In this document: piece by piece, positions 7,601 through 16,477 of the stretch
How positions within the stretch are numbered: the stretch's first letter is position 1
Layout: the number at the start of each line of letters is the position of its first letter
Assembly: GCA_051876105.1 (NCBI GenBank)
Contig: JBJEHN010000065.1
Coordinates: 5,841 to 69,840 of the forward strand
DNA: 64,000 bases
Direction of reading: 5' to 3'
From: Coriobacteriales bacterium
GTDB taxonomy: Bacteria; Actinomycetota; Coriobacteriia; Coriobacteriales; QAMH01
Notes under the pieces: model-generated
Database searches by the model: none
Told to the model about the DNA's origin: nothing
What the model saw: the letters and a program-made list of their open reading frames with translations, nothing else
Program-made: the position numbers and the translations under genes

Positions 7601-9817
7601 CTAGCCCCTCCTCAGCACGTAGCACTTGTGGATCTTCTGGTTGCGCTGGAAGTCGTCCGGGATGGTGCGCGCGGTGATGTCGTTGATCACCACGCCCGCC
7701 TTCCTGAGGGTCTCGACATCGGGCTTGAAGTCGCGCAGGTTGCAGCTGAAGACGATTGCGCCCGTGCGGGTGAGCAGGCGGCTGCTGCCGATGAGCAGCT
7801 CGGCGTGGTCTGCCTGCACGTCCCAGGTGCGGCGCCCCATCTTCGAGCTGTTGGAGAAGGTGGGCGGGTCCACGAAGATGAGGTCCCAGCGGTTGCGGCT
7901 GTGGCGCTGCTCCTGCACCCAGGCCAGCACGTCGGCACGCTCGAGCTCCATGTGCTCGTTCTCCATCCCGTTCAGGCGGAAGTTGCGGCGCGTCCACTCC
8001 TGGTAGGTGTTCGACATGTCAACCGTGGTGGTGAACTTGGCGCCGCCCGCCGCCGCGTAGACGCTGGCGCTGCCCGTGTAGGCGAAGAGGTTGAGGAAGG
8101 CCTTGCCCGGGGCTAGCTGGCGCAGCAGCTGGCGGGTGTCGCGGTGGTCGAGGAAGAGGCCCGTGTCGAGGCGGTCGCCCAGGTCAACCTCGAAGAAGAG
8201 GCCGTTTTCCTGCGTGATGAGCTTGCGGCCCTCGTAGGCGGCCTCGCGCTCCTTGCGCGCGTACTGGCTGCCGCCCTTGGCGCGCAGGCGCTGCTTGGCA
8301 AAGACGTCGCCCGGGTCCACGCCCAGCACGGCCGGGATCACGGCCAGGGCATCGGTCATGCGGCGGGCGGCCTTGGCGGGGTCGATCTTCTTGGGAGCGG
8401 CGTACTCGGCTACGTGCACGAGCATCTTGCCCTCGTCTGGGCCGGCACCGTTGTAGACGTCGACGGCCAGGTTGTAGTCGGGCAGGTCGGCGTCGTAGAG
8501 GCGGTAGCAGGAGATGCCCTCCTTCTTGGCCCACTTGCGGCGCTGCTTGTAGACCTTGGCCAAGCGCGCGGCGAACTGCTCCACCGCGGCGTCGCCCACG
8601 TTCACGCTGCGGCCCGCGACCTCCAAGGTGCAGCCGGCAGGCAGCACGGCCTCGCCTTCTTCGCCGGCGGCCAGGCTGTAGATGCGCACGCTGGCCTCCG
8701 TGGCGCCGTTGCGGGCGTCGAGCTCCTGCCGCAGCGGCAGGCCGAGGGCGCTGTCTGCCAGGGCGTCGGCCGCCAGCAGGCAGAGGGTGTCTGCGCCCTC
8801 GATGCCGCGCAGGGCGGCGGCGAGCTGGGCGTAGAGCGCGGGCATCTGGGCGAGCGAGGCAAAGCGGCCGTCGCCGGCGAGGTTGGCGGCGAGCAGCGTG
8901 CCCTGCGGCTGCTCGGCGGCCTGTGGCGCCTGGGGCAGGAAGCTGACGAGCTCCGCCACGCCTGCACGCTTGGCGCAGGCGGCAGCGTAGGCCAGGGCCG
9001 CGGGGTCGGCATCCCAGGCGGTGATCTGCGAGCAGAAGCTCTCGCGGCCGGCCTCGGCGCGGGCGTCGGCCTCGTCGAGCACGCGGCCCCATGCTTCCTC
9101 GTCGTGGCCCAGCCAGCCCTCGAAGCCCCAGTTGCGGCGGTAGATCTGCGGGGCGATGTCTGCCGCGATCATGGCCGCCTCGATGGCCAGGGTACCCGGG
9201 CCGGCAAAGGGGTTGAGCAGCGAGGCCCCGCTGCGGGAGCGCTCGTCCCAGCCGCTCAGCAGCAGCATGCCGGCGGCGAGGTTCTCGCGCAGGGGCGCGC
9301 CTTGGGGCTTGCCCGCGCTGGCATAGCCGCGGCGGTCCAAGCTGGCGCCGGCCAGGTCCAGGCTCACCGTGGCCTTGTTGTCGTGTATGCCGACGTTGAT
9401 GCGCACGCTGGGGTTGTCGGTGTCCACATCCGGGCGCTCGCCGCGCAGCTCGCGCAGGCGGTCGCACACGGCGTCCTTGGAGCGCAGCGCTGTGAAGCGC
9501 GTGTCGCGCAGGCGGCCGTTGGTGCCGCGCGCGTCGATGGCGATGGTGCCTTCAGCAGGCACGTGCTCTTCCCAAGGAATGGCCTTGACGCCCTCGTAGA
9601 GCGCGTCCGCATCGCGCGCGTCGATGCGCGCGAGCGTGAGCAGGACCCTGCTCGCCACGCGCGACCACAGCAGCGCGCGGTAGGCGTCCTCGGGCCCGCC
9701 CTGGAAGGCGACGCCGGCCTTCAGGGGGCGCACCCCGTGCACGCCCGCAGCACGCAGCTCGTCGCCGAGGACCTTCTCGAACCCCCTCGAGCACGTTGCG
9801 AAGAACTCCATAGTCAT
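7601..9817 (-). CDS. rlmL: Bifunctional 23S rRNA methyltransferase RlmKL-type (THUMP domain plus two SAM-MTase domains)
   Basis: About 738 aa. It has an N-terminal THUMP/N6-MTase-like region and a C-terminal LNLFAYTGSASV...DLIFVDPPTFSNS class-I MTase motif. Start ATG 9817 has GGAGG 10 nt upstream. The track N-terminus is a translated REP. Confidence 0.8.
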   Translation of the reverse strand: MTMEFFATCSRGFEKVLGDELRAAGVHGVRPLKAGVAFQGGPEDAYRALLWSRVASRVLLTLARIDARDADALYEGVKAIPWEEHVPAEGTIAIDARGTNGRLRDTRFTALRSKDAVCDRLRELRGERPDVDTDNPSVRINVGIHDNKATVSLDLAGASLDRRGYASAGKPQGAPLRENLAAGMLLLSGWDERSRSGASLLNPFAGPGTLAIEAAMIAADIAPQIYRRNWGFEGWLGHDEEAWGRVLDEADARAEAGRESFCSQITAWDADPAALAYAAACAKRAGVAELVSFLPQAPQAAEQPQGTLLAANLAGDGRFASLAQMPALYAQLAAALRGIEGADTLCLLAADALADSALGLPLRQELDARNGATEASVRIYSLAAGEEGEAVLPAGCTLEVAGRSVNVGDAAVEQFAARLAKVYKQRRKWAKKEGISCYRLYDADLPDYNLAVDVYNGAGPDEGKMLVHVAEYAAPKKIDPAKAARRMTDALAVIPAVLGVDPGDVFAKQRLRAKGGSQYARKEREAAYEGRKLITQENGLFFEVDLGDRLDTGLFLDHRDTRQLLRQLAPGKAFLNLFAYTGSASVYAAAGGAKFTTTVDMSNTYQEWTRRNFRLNGMENEHMELERADVLAWVQEQRHSRNRWDLIFVDPPTFSNSSKMGRRTWDVQADHAELLIGSSRLLTRTGAIVFSCNLRDFKPDVETLRKAGVVINDITARTIPDDFQRNQKIHKCYVLRRG

Positions 9818-9858
9818 AAGCAACTGGCCTCCTTTTTGGCCTTGAGATGGATGGCGGA

Positions 9859-9903
9859 AATGGGACAGTGGGGACTGTCCCCACTGTCCCACCACTGTCC
9901 CAT
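9859..9903. repeat. REP-like repeat, family A, with an extra ACTGTCCC module
   Basis: Sequence aaTGGGACAGTGGGGACTGTCCCCACTGTCCCACCACTGTCCCAt. Confidence 0.9.
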
Positions 9904-9966
9904 ATGTTGCAAAGGGCGACGCTTTAAGAACATGGGGCGGTGGGAACCGCTCCCGCTGCCCCGCTT

Positions 9967-11121
9967 TTAATTGCGGGAGAAGAACTCGCCGGCGCTGGGG
10001 AAGTCGGGGCCGTCCTCGTCGTCGGGGCGGGTGTGGTGGTTGCGGAAGTCGTCGAGCGTTGGGTCGCCCGTGCCCATCTGGCCGGTGCCGGCCATCTGCG
10101 CCTGGATGGAGTTGAAGAGCTCGCGCAGGCGCGGGTCGTTGATCTGCTCGGAGCTGTACTCGCCGCCGTAGCCGAAGGCGGAGCCGCCCTGGTCGCGCAT
10201 GTCATCTGCAAGCGACCAGTCCAGCCCGTAGTCGGCGCAGGTCTGCTCGTCTTCGTAGAGCAGGCTGATGGCCTGGATGTTGAGCTCGTCGCCGCCCACG
10301 ACGCTCAGCAGGTCGTAGAGCTGGTAGGCGGTCTCTGTGCAGGGCAGGGTGACGTCCATGTCCTCGCTGGCCATGAGGGCCGTGTCGAGCATGTCGAGCA
10401 TCTGCGTGACGGTGGTGCGGCCGCTGAAGTCGAACTCCAGGGTCTGGGGGACGAACTCGATGAGCGTGCGCGTGGCGGCGCTGGTGGAGGCCAGGGCGTC
10501 AAGCGCGCTGCGGGTGTTGAAGCCGCAGATTCGCGCCATGGCCATGGCCTCGATGGTCCCCATGAGGCTGCCGGCCAGGCCGATGACGGCCATCACGCCA
10601 GAGAGCGCGCCCTCGCCCGGAGAGCCCAGGGTGCGGATGGTGTGCGCCATGTAGGGCAGCAGCGGGCCGACGAGCTTGACGGCCTCAGGCTCGCCGCCCA
10701 CGAAGCACACCGCCTTCTCCTTCTCGCCCACGTTGAGGAGCGGGGCGTCCAGGTAGGTGAGGCCGTTGACCGCCGCCATGGCCTGGATCTCCTGCGCGAG
10801 GCGCGGGGTGATGAGCGAGAGGTCGATGAGGAAGGTGCCCTCGTCTGCTATCTCCAGCAGGCCGTTGTCGCCCAGGTAGAGCTCCTCGACCTGGGAGGGG
10901 TGGGCGCAGCTGGTGAGGATCACCTGGGCGCCCTGGCAGGCCTCTATGCGGTTTTGCACCGTGGGGATCCCGGCGTCGTTGAGTACGACGCCCTCGCGGG
11001 GGTCGTGCGGGCCGGCTACCATCTCGAAGCCGGCGTCGACCAGGCGCACCACGGCCTCGAGGGCGGCGATGCTGCACGAGCCGCCGAAGAAGGCGATGCG
11101 GGTGTCGAGGCTGCTGAACAT
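9967..11121 (-). CDS. Beta-hydroxyacid (HIBADH/6PGDH-NAD-binding) dehydrogenase-fold protein with degenerate motifs and a C-terminal extension
   Basis: The layout IAFFGG...VILTS...LIDLSLITP...YLDAPLL...FVGG parallels HIBADH blocks. The GxGxxG and SGG/K positions look substituted. Confidence 0.5.
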   Translation of the reverse strand: MFSSLDTRIAFFGGSCSIAALEAVVRLVDAGFEMVAGPHDPREGVVLNDAGIPTVQNRIEACQGAQVILTSCAHPSQVEELYLGDNGLLEIADEGTFLIDLSLITPRLAQEIQAMAAVNGLTYLDAPLLNVGEKEKAVCFVGGEPEAVKLVGPLLPYMAHTIRTLGSPGEGALSGVMAVIGLAGSLMGTIEAMAMARICGFNTRSALDALASTSAATRTLIEFVPQTLEFDFSGRTTVTQMLDMLDTALMASEDMDVTLPCTETAYQLYDLLSVVGGDELNIQAISLLYEDEQTCADYGLDWSLADDMRDQGGSAFGYGGEYSSEQINDPRLRELFNSIQAQMAGTGQMGTGDPTLDDFRNHHTRPDDEDGPDFPSAGEFFSRN

Positions 11122-11132
11122 GCGGGGCTCCT

Positions 11133-12071
11133 CTATTTCTTGGAGATCTTGCTGGCGATGCGGTCGCCGATGGAGAGGCTCTTGCGGCGGTCCTCACCCC
11201 AGAACACCACGGCCACCATGCCGGGACCCACGTGGCTGCCGATGACGGGCCCGATGTTGCAGAACATGGGCGGCACGTCCTCCCTGGAGAGGCCCAGGTG
11301 CTCGGCAACCCACTTGGCCTCCTTCTCCGCATCTGCGCTGGCGACGATGACCGTCCCGGAGTTGCCCTCCTTGATGCGGCCCTGCTCAAAGCACTTGACC
11401 AGCGCCTTGAGGCTCTTCTTGCGGCCGCGGGAGACCCCGGCCAGGGCAAGCGAGCCGTCTGCGTTGAAGTTGAGCATGGGCTTGACGTCGAGGGCGTCTC
11501 CCACGCGCGCTGCTGCGTCCGGGATGCGGCCGCCGCGGCGCAGGGCCTCCAGGCCCTCGCAGGTGAAGAGGCAGTTGACGTACCAGCGGGCCTCCTGCGC
11601 CCACTCGGCCAGCTGCGCGGCGCCCATGCCGGACTTGTAGTGGCGGATGGCCTCGTAGACCAGCAAGCCCTCGGCCACAGAGGCGAGCAGGCTGTCCACA
11701 ACATAGCACTCCCACTGGGGGTACTTCTCCATGAGCTCGGTGGTCACGCGGTCCACGGTCTCGAAGGTGCCGGAGAGGCCGGCGGTGAAGGCCAGGTAGA
11801 CCGTGGGCGTGCCCTCCTTGGCCCAGGCCTCGAAGCGCTCCATGATCACCGGCAGGGGGATCTGGGCGGTGCCAGAGACCTCGCCGCCGCGGAGGCGGTC
11901 GTAGAACTCCTTGGGCTGTATGGAGACGCCCAGGTCGTCGAAGTGCTCCCCGTCGTTCATGATGAAGGGGAACTCCAAGAACTCGATACCGGCCTCGTCG
12001 AGGACCTCGCGGGGCAGGTCGCAGCACGAGTCGAGGATGAGCCTGCAGTTTGAGTTGCGGTTGATTGCCAT
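11133..12071 (-). CDS. DegV-family (fatty-acid-binding) protein
   Basis: LILDSCCDLP N-terminal block and typical DegV length. Start is ATG 12071, after GGAAGGAAG. Confidence 0.8.
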   Translation of the reverse strand: MAINRNSNCRLILDSCCDLPREVLDEAGIEFLEFPFIMNDGEHFDDLGVSIQPKEFYDRLRGGEVSGTAQIPLPVIMERFEAWAKEGTPTVYLAFTAGLSGTFETVDRVTTELMEKYPQWECYVVDSLLASVAEGLLVYEAIRHYKSGMGAAQLAEWAQEARWYVNCLFTCEGLEALRRGGRIPDAAARVGDALDVKPMLNFNADGSLALAGVSRGRKKSLKALVKCFEQGRIKEGNSGTVIVASADAEKEAKWVAEHLGLSREDVPPMFCNIGPVIGSHVGPGMVAVVFWGEDRRKSLSIGDRIASKISKK

Positions 12072-12198
12072 TCCGTCTTCCTTCCGCAGAGCGGGGACAT
12101 GTTTAGATAACCCACCGATTATAAACGGCAGGTGCTTTCTGCCTGTCAAGCGTTGTCCAACTGCAGGTTTTCTGCACAAAGCGCGCCGGGGCGGCAGG

Positions 12199-13665
12199 CT
12201 AGTACATGTCCTCGCCGCGCAGCTCGCGGATCATGGCGTCACGCCTGGCGTGCAGGCCCTTCTCCAGGCCCGCCGGGTAGCGGTGCGGGTTGAGGAAGCG
12301 CTTGGTGGAGGCGTCCAGGCAGGCCAGCTGGGCCTTGCAGCGCGCCTTGGCGGCGTGAACGTCGCTGATCTGCTGGCCCTCGACCACCTTGCCAGCGCGC
12401 ACCAGCGGCTCAAGCAGGGTCTGGCGCTGCAGCTCGGCGCCGTAGCGCTTGCGATGCGTGCCGTCCATGGGGTCCACGCCCACGCAGGCATCCGGGCAGC
12501 CTTGCTCCACGTCGAAGACCACGTCGCCGCAGAACATGCCGCTCTCGTCCGTGAAGCGCATGGTGTCGAGCACACCGGGCGTGGTGATCTTGACCGTTGC
12601 CTCGGAGATCTTGATCTTGGGGATCCACTCGCTGTGGCCGGCCGGTTTGACGGCGCTGAGCTTGTAGACGCCGCCCAAGGCGGGCTGGGGGTTGCCGGTG
12701 ATGAGGTGGGTGCCGATGCCGATCGCGTCGAAGCAGGCCCCCTGGTCGACCAGACTTTCCACTAGGTACTCGTCGAGGTCGTTGGAAAGCACGATGGACG
12801 TGTCCTCCAAGCCGGCCTCGTCGAGCATGCGGCGGGCCTTCTTGGAGAGCCAGGCGAGGTCGCCGGAGTCGATGCGGATGCCGTTGAGGTGCTCGCCGCG
12901 CTCGCGCATCTCCAGCCCCACGGTGATGGCGTTGCGCACGCCCTGCTCGACGTCGTAGGTGTCGACCAGCAGGGTGGAGTTGCCGGACATGGAGGCCACC
13001 CACGCGCGGAAGGCGCTCAGCTCGTCCGGGAAGCTCATCACCCAGCTGTGGGCATGGGTACCGCTCACGGGGATGCCGTATTTCTTGCCGGCGAGCACGT
13101 TGGCCACGCTGCCGCAGCCGCCCACGAAGGCGGCGCGGTCGCCGCTCATGCCGCCGTCGGGGCCCTGGGCGCGGCGCAGGCCGAACTCTGCCACCCCCCT
13201 GCCGCCGGCGGCGTGAGCCACGCGCGCGGCCTTGGTGGCGATGAGGGTCTGGAAGTTCACGCCGTTGAGGATGCAGGTCTCCAGCAGCTGGCACTGCAGC
13301 AGCGGGCCGGTGACGCGCACCAGCGGCTCGCGCGGGAAGACCACCGTTCCGTCCGGCACGGCGTCGATATCCACCTGCAGCTCCATGCCGGCGAGCCACT
13401 CCAAGAAGCCGGCATCGAAGAGTGGGGCGCCGCTGGGGGCCTTGAGGCCGGCGAGGTAGTCGATGTCGTCTGCGCTGAAGCCGAAGCCCTCCACGAGCTC
13501 TGCCACCTGGTCCATGCCGCAGCTGACCGCGTAGCCGCCCTTGAAGGGGCTCTCGCGGAAGAACATGTAGAAGCAGGCCTCGATGCCGGGCTTGAGCTGC
13601 TGCCAGTAGCCCTGGGCCATTGTGAGCTGGTAGAGGTCGGTGAGAAGCGTGAGGTTGCGGGCCAT
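12199..13665 (-). CDS. pncB: Nicotinate phosphoribosyltransferase
   Basis: LLTDLYQLTMAQGYW N-terminal motif, length about 488 aa. Start is ATG 13665. The upstream track residues are a translated REP. Confidence 0.85.
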   Translation of the reverse strand: MARNLTLLTDLYQLTMAQGYWQQLKPGIEACFYMFFRESPFKGGYAVSCGMDQVAELVEGFGFSADDIDYLAGLKAPSGAPLFDAGFLEWLAGMELQVDIDAVPDGTVVFPREPLVRVTGPLLQCQLLETCILNGVNFQTLIATKAARVAHAAGGRGVAEFGLRRAQGPDGGMSGDRAAFVGGCGSVANVLAGKKYGIPVSGTHAHSWVMSFPDELSAFRAWVASMSGNSTLLVDTYDVEQGVRNAITVGLEMRERGEHLNGIRIDSGDLAWLSKKARRMLDEAGLEDTSIVLSNDLDEYLVESLVDQGACFDAIGIGTHLITGNPQPALGGVYKLSAVKPAGHSEWIPKIKISEATVKITTPGVLDTMRFTDESGMFCGDVVFDVEQGCPDACVGVDPMDGTHRKRYGAELQRQTLLEPLVRAGKVVEGQQISDVHAAKARCKAQLACLDASTKRFLNPHRYPAGLEKGLHARRDAMIRELRGEDMY

Positions 13666-13694
13666 GGCGGCGCCTTCTTCCTGTTGATAGTCCG

Positions 13695-13733
13695 AAAATG
13701 GGACAGTGGGGACAGTCCCCACTGTCCCATTTT
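13695..13733. repeat. REP-like repeat, family A, archetype (perfect palindrome, A-run and T-run flanks)
   Basis: Sequence aaaATGGGACAGTGGGGACAGTCCCCACTGTCCCATttt, directly downstream of the ricT stop. Confidence 0.9.
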
Positions 13734-13740
13734 GCCTATG

Positions 13741-15279
13741 TTACTCGGAGGCGGCGCTGCCGCTGCCGCCCTTGCCGCGGCTACCGCGGCGGCGCCTGCG
13801 GCGGGGCTTCTTCTCGCCGCCCTCGGCGCTGTTGGCGCTGCCCTGGCCGTGAAGCGTGGAGCTGTTCTGACCGGGGCGCGGCTTGGAGGGCTGCTCGGCC
13901 GCCTGCTTGGAGCCGCCCTGCGCCTGCTGGCCGGCGCCGTTGCCGGAGCCGCGGCTGCCGCGGCGGCGCCTGCGGCGGCTGGGGGCCTGCTTGGCCTCCT
14001 GCTCGTCTGCGGCTGCGCGCTTCTCGGCTGCCTCGGGCGCCTGCTTAGGGTTGGCCGCCTTCTGGCTGTTGCGGCGCTGGCGCGGCTTGCGCTCGGAGGG
14101 GGCCGCCTGCGCCGCGGCACCCTCTGCGGGCTCGCCCACGGTCACGCTGCGGCGGCGGCGCCTCTGGTCGCGCGCGGGGGGCTCGGGCTGGTGCGCCTCG
14201 CCGCGGTCTGCCCCGCGGCGGCGCTTGCGGCGGTCGTCGCCTGCAGAGCTGGAGCCCACGTGCTCGGAGCCCATGGCGATGCGCCCCTTGCGGCGCCCGC
14301 CCTCGCTGCGGTCGAGCTGCCCACGCTCCGCGACCTTGTCTGCCAGGGTGTCGTCGCTGGAGAAGAGCTTGTCGCCCATCATGGCCAGGTTGGCGTCCTT
14401 GTGCAGGTCCTCGATGATCTTGTCGAAGGCCTCCTGCCCGATGTGGCAGGGGCGCAGGCGCTCGCCCTCTCGGGGCTCCTTGCCGCCGGTGTCCATGCTG
14501 CTCAGGGGCACCACCAGGCTGCTACCGTCCTCCATGCGCAGGCGCAGCTGCTCGCGCGGGGTGTCGAACTCGACCACCTTTGCCATTCCCATGGGGGTGT
14601 CGATGAGGGCGTTCTTCTTGGGGGCGCGGCCCTTGAAGTCCTTGTAGGCCTCGAACTCGTAGCGCAGGCAGCACATGAGGCGCCCGCACAGGCCGCTGAT
14701 CTTGCTGGGGTTGAGCGGCAGATCCTGCTCCTTGGCCATGCGGATGGAGACCGGCTGGAACTCGCCGCCCAGGCGCGCGCAGCACAGCTCCTCGCCGCAG
14801 TGTCCCAGGCCACCGAGCATGCGGGCCTCGTCGCGCACGCCGATCTGCCTCATGTCGACGCGCACCTTGAACTGGGCCGCCAGGTCGCGCACCAGGTTGC
14901 GGAAGTCGACGCGGTCGTCCGCGGCGAAGTAGAAGGTGGCGTAGTCGCCGGTGAACATGAACTCGACGCGCACGGGCTTCATGTCCAGGCCGTGCTTCTC
15001 GATCAGCTCGCGGAAGACGGGCATGGCCTCCTCGCCGCGGCGGTTCATCGCGTCTGCCTGGTCCAGGTCCTCCTGGGTGGCGATGCGCAGCACGGGCTTG
15101 AGCGGCTGCTGCAGCTCCCTGTCCTCGACCTCGCGCAGATCCTCAACCACCAGGCCGATCTCGCGGCCGCGAGCGGTCTCGACCAGCACGTGGTCGCCTT
15201 CCTCCACGGGCAGGCCCGCGGGGTTGAACCAGTAGTCCTTGCTCACATAGCGGAGCCTGATGACGGCTACCTTGGGCAT
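13741..15279 (-). CDS. ricT: PSP1-domain protein RicT/YaaT with an Arg/Gly/Gln-rich C-terminal tail of about 220 aa
   Basis: MPKVAVIRLRY...GHCGEELCCARLGGEFQPVSIRMAKEQDLPLNPSKISGLCGRLMCCLRYE is the PSP1 signature. Start ATG 15279 overlaps the holB end. Confidence 0.85.
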   Translation of the reverse strand: MPKVAVIRLRYVSKDYWFNPAGLPVEEGDHVLVETARGREIGLVVEDLREVEDRELQQPLKPVLRIATQEDLDQADAMNRRGEEAMPVFRELIEKHGLDMKPVRVEFMFTGDYATFYFAADDRVDFRNLVRDLAAQFKVRVDMRQIGVRDEARMLGGLGHCGEELCCARLGGEFQPVSIRMAKEQDLPLNPSKISGLCGRLMCCLRYEFEAYKDFKGRAPKKNALIDTPMGMAKVVEFDTPREQLRLRMEDGSSLVVPLSSMDTGGKEPREGERLRPCHIGQEAFDKIIEDLHKDANLAMMGDKLFSSDDTLADKVAERGQLDRSEGGRRKGRIAMGSEHVGSSSAGDDRRKRRRGADRGEAHQPEPPARDQRRRRRSVTVGEPAEGAAAQAAPSERKPRQRRNSQKAANPKQAPEAAEKRAAADEQEAKQAPSRRRRRRGSRGSGNGAGQQAQGGSKQAAEQPSKPRPGQNSSTLHGQGSANSAEGGEKKPRRRRRRGSRGKGGSGSAASE

Positions 15280-16328
15280 AGCGCCTCCCTGATCTCGAAG
15301 AGCATGGCCTCCAGGGCCAGCTGGGGTGTTACGTTTCTGGCGATGCGGGTGCGGGCCGCGCCGAGGGCCGCTGCCGCCGCGACGATGCCGGCGTACCCGG
15401 CCTGCTGCGCTGCCTGCTGCTTTGCCGGGTCGAGGAAGCCCTCGCTCTGTGCGCCGAGGGCGAGCGAGCCCTGTGCGGCGGCACCGGCGCTGCAGGCGAG
15501 CTGCGGCGCGCCGCCCGCGATGAGGAGGCAGTCGCGCAGCCAGGCCTCCCCTGCGTCGAGCAGCTGGGTGTAGCCCGCGCGCTGCTCCATGGTCACTTGG
15601 CGCTTGTGAGCCTGCTCGAGCTCCTTGCGCGCGCCGGCGGCCAGGTAGTCCGCCGCCTCGCGCTCTGCCTGGGCCTGGGAGCCCTTGAGCTCCTCGACCC
15701 CCACGTTGGCCGCCTGCACCAGCTCCTTGGCCAGGGCGAGCATCCTGCGGTTGCCCTCGTGTGCCGCGCATGCGCGCAGGGCCTGCTCCATGACGGGAGC
15801 CCCCTGCTGCTGCACCGCACCCTGCGGCAGCTCGCAGGCGTTGGCCGGGGCGGCGAGGGTGAGGACCTGGCAGCGGCTGCGGATGGTGGGCAGCACAGCG
15901 CCCTCCGCGGCGGCGAGCATGATGATGCAGACGCTTTCCGGCGGCTCCTCCAAGGTCTTGAGGAAGGCGTTGGCAGGGGCGCCGCGCATGCTGTCTGCCT
16001 GCTTGACGATGTAGGCCTTGCACGCAGCGCGCACGGGAGCCAGGGCGCTGTCGCGCACGACCTCGCGCACCTGCTCCACCAGGTAGCCTGCAGAGGACGC
16101 GGGCTCGAGGACGTGCAGGTCGGGGTGGGCCCCCCTCAAAGCCGCGTCGAACTGCTCGGGGTCACCCGCGGCCAGCAGGGCGGCGGCCAGCCGGGCGGCG
16201 ACAACGTCGCTGCCGCAGCCAGCGGGCCCTGCAAGCAGGTACGCATGGGTGACGCCGCCCTGCTCCAACGCACCGCGCAGGTAGCGCACGGTCTGCGAGC
16301 CGGGCAGCCCCTCGAAGGGGTCGAACAT
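15267..16328 (-). CDS. holB: DNA polymerase III delta-prime subunit
   Basis: HAYLLAGPAGCG clamp-loader P-loop-like motif and FLKTLEEPP block. Sits in tmk-holB-ricT synteny. Confidence 0.8.
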   Translation of the reverse strand: MFDPFEGLPGSQTVRYLRGALEQGGVTHAYLLAGPAGCGSDVVAARLAAALLAAGDPEQFDAALRGAHPDLHVLEPASSAGYLVEQVREVVRDSALAPVRAACKAYIVKQADSMRGAPANAFLKTLEEPPESVCIIMLAAAEGAVLPTIRSRCQVLTLAAPANACELPQGAVQQQGAPVMEQALRACAAHEGNRRMLALAKELVQAANVGVEELKGSQAQAEREAADYLAAGARKELEQAHKRQVTMEQRAGYTQLLDAGEAWLRDCLLIAGGAPQLACSAGAAAQGSLALGAQSEGFLDPAKQQAAQQAGYAGIVAAAAALGAARTRIARNVTPQLALEAMLFEIREALCPR

Positions 16329-16477
16329 ATGTGAAGCCTCTCAGGAGCAGGCGAACAGGTACTCGCGGGAAGGGCCGCGCCGCTTGGGCGCCGCCTTACC
16401 CATAACCCGCTAATGCTACCACGAGCAGACAGCACCACAGCTTGGTGCGCGGGCCTGCAAGCGCGGGGCGGCTGCCC

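Noticed and set aside
7230-7997. 255-aa version of the zincin-like ORF, and the long N-terminal extensions of the ORFs for tatA, nhaC, degV, ricT, mdh, ddl, nifJ, recF, jag, parB and the MarR-like gene.
   Set aside because: The extensions overlap upstream genes or repeats and lack homology-like sequence. Internal ATG, GTG or TTG codons with Shine-Dalgarno motifs coincide with the start of the recognisable conserved protein.
9859-9903. Recurrent peptide MGQWGQSPLSHF / MGTVPTVPF at the N-termini of several track ORFs (rlmL, pncB, mdh and others), which could look like a shared signal or leader peptide.
   Set aside because: It is the translation of the family-A palindromic repeat. In each case a better start with a Shine-Dalgarno sequence lies downstream of the repeat.
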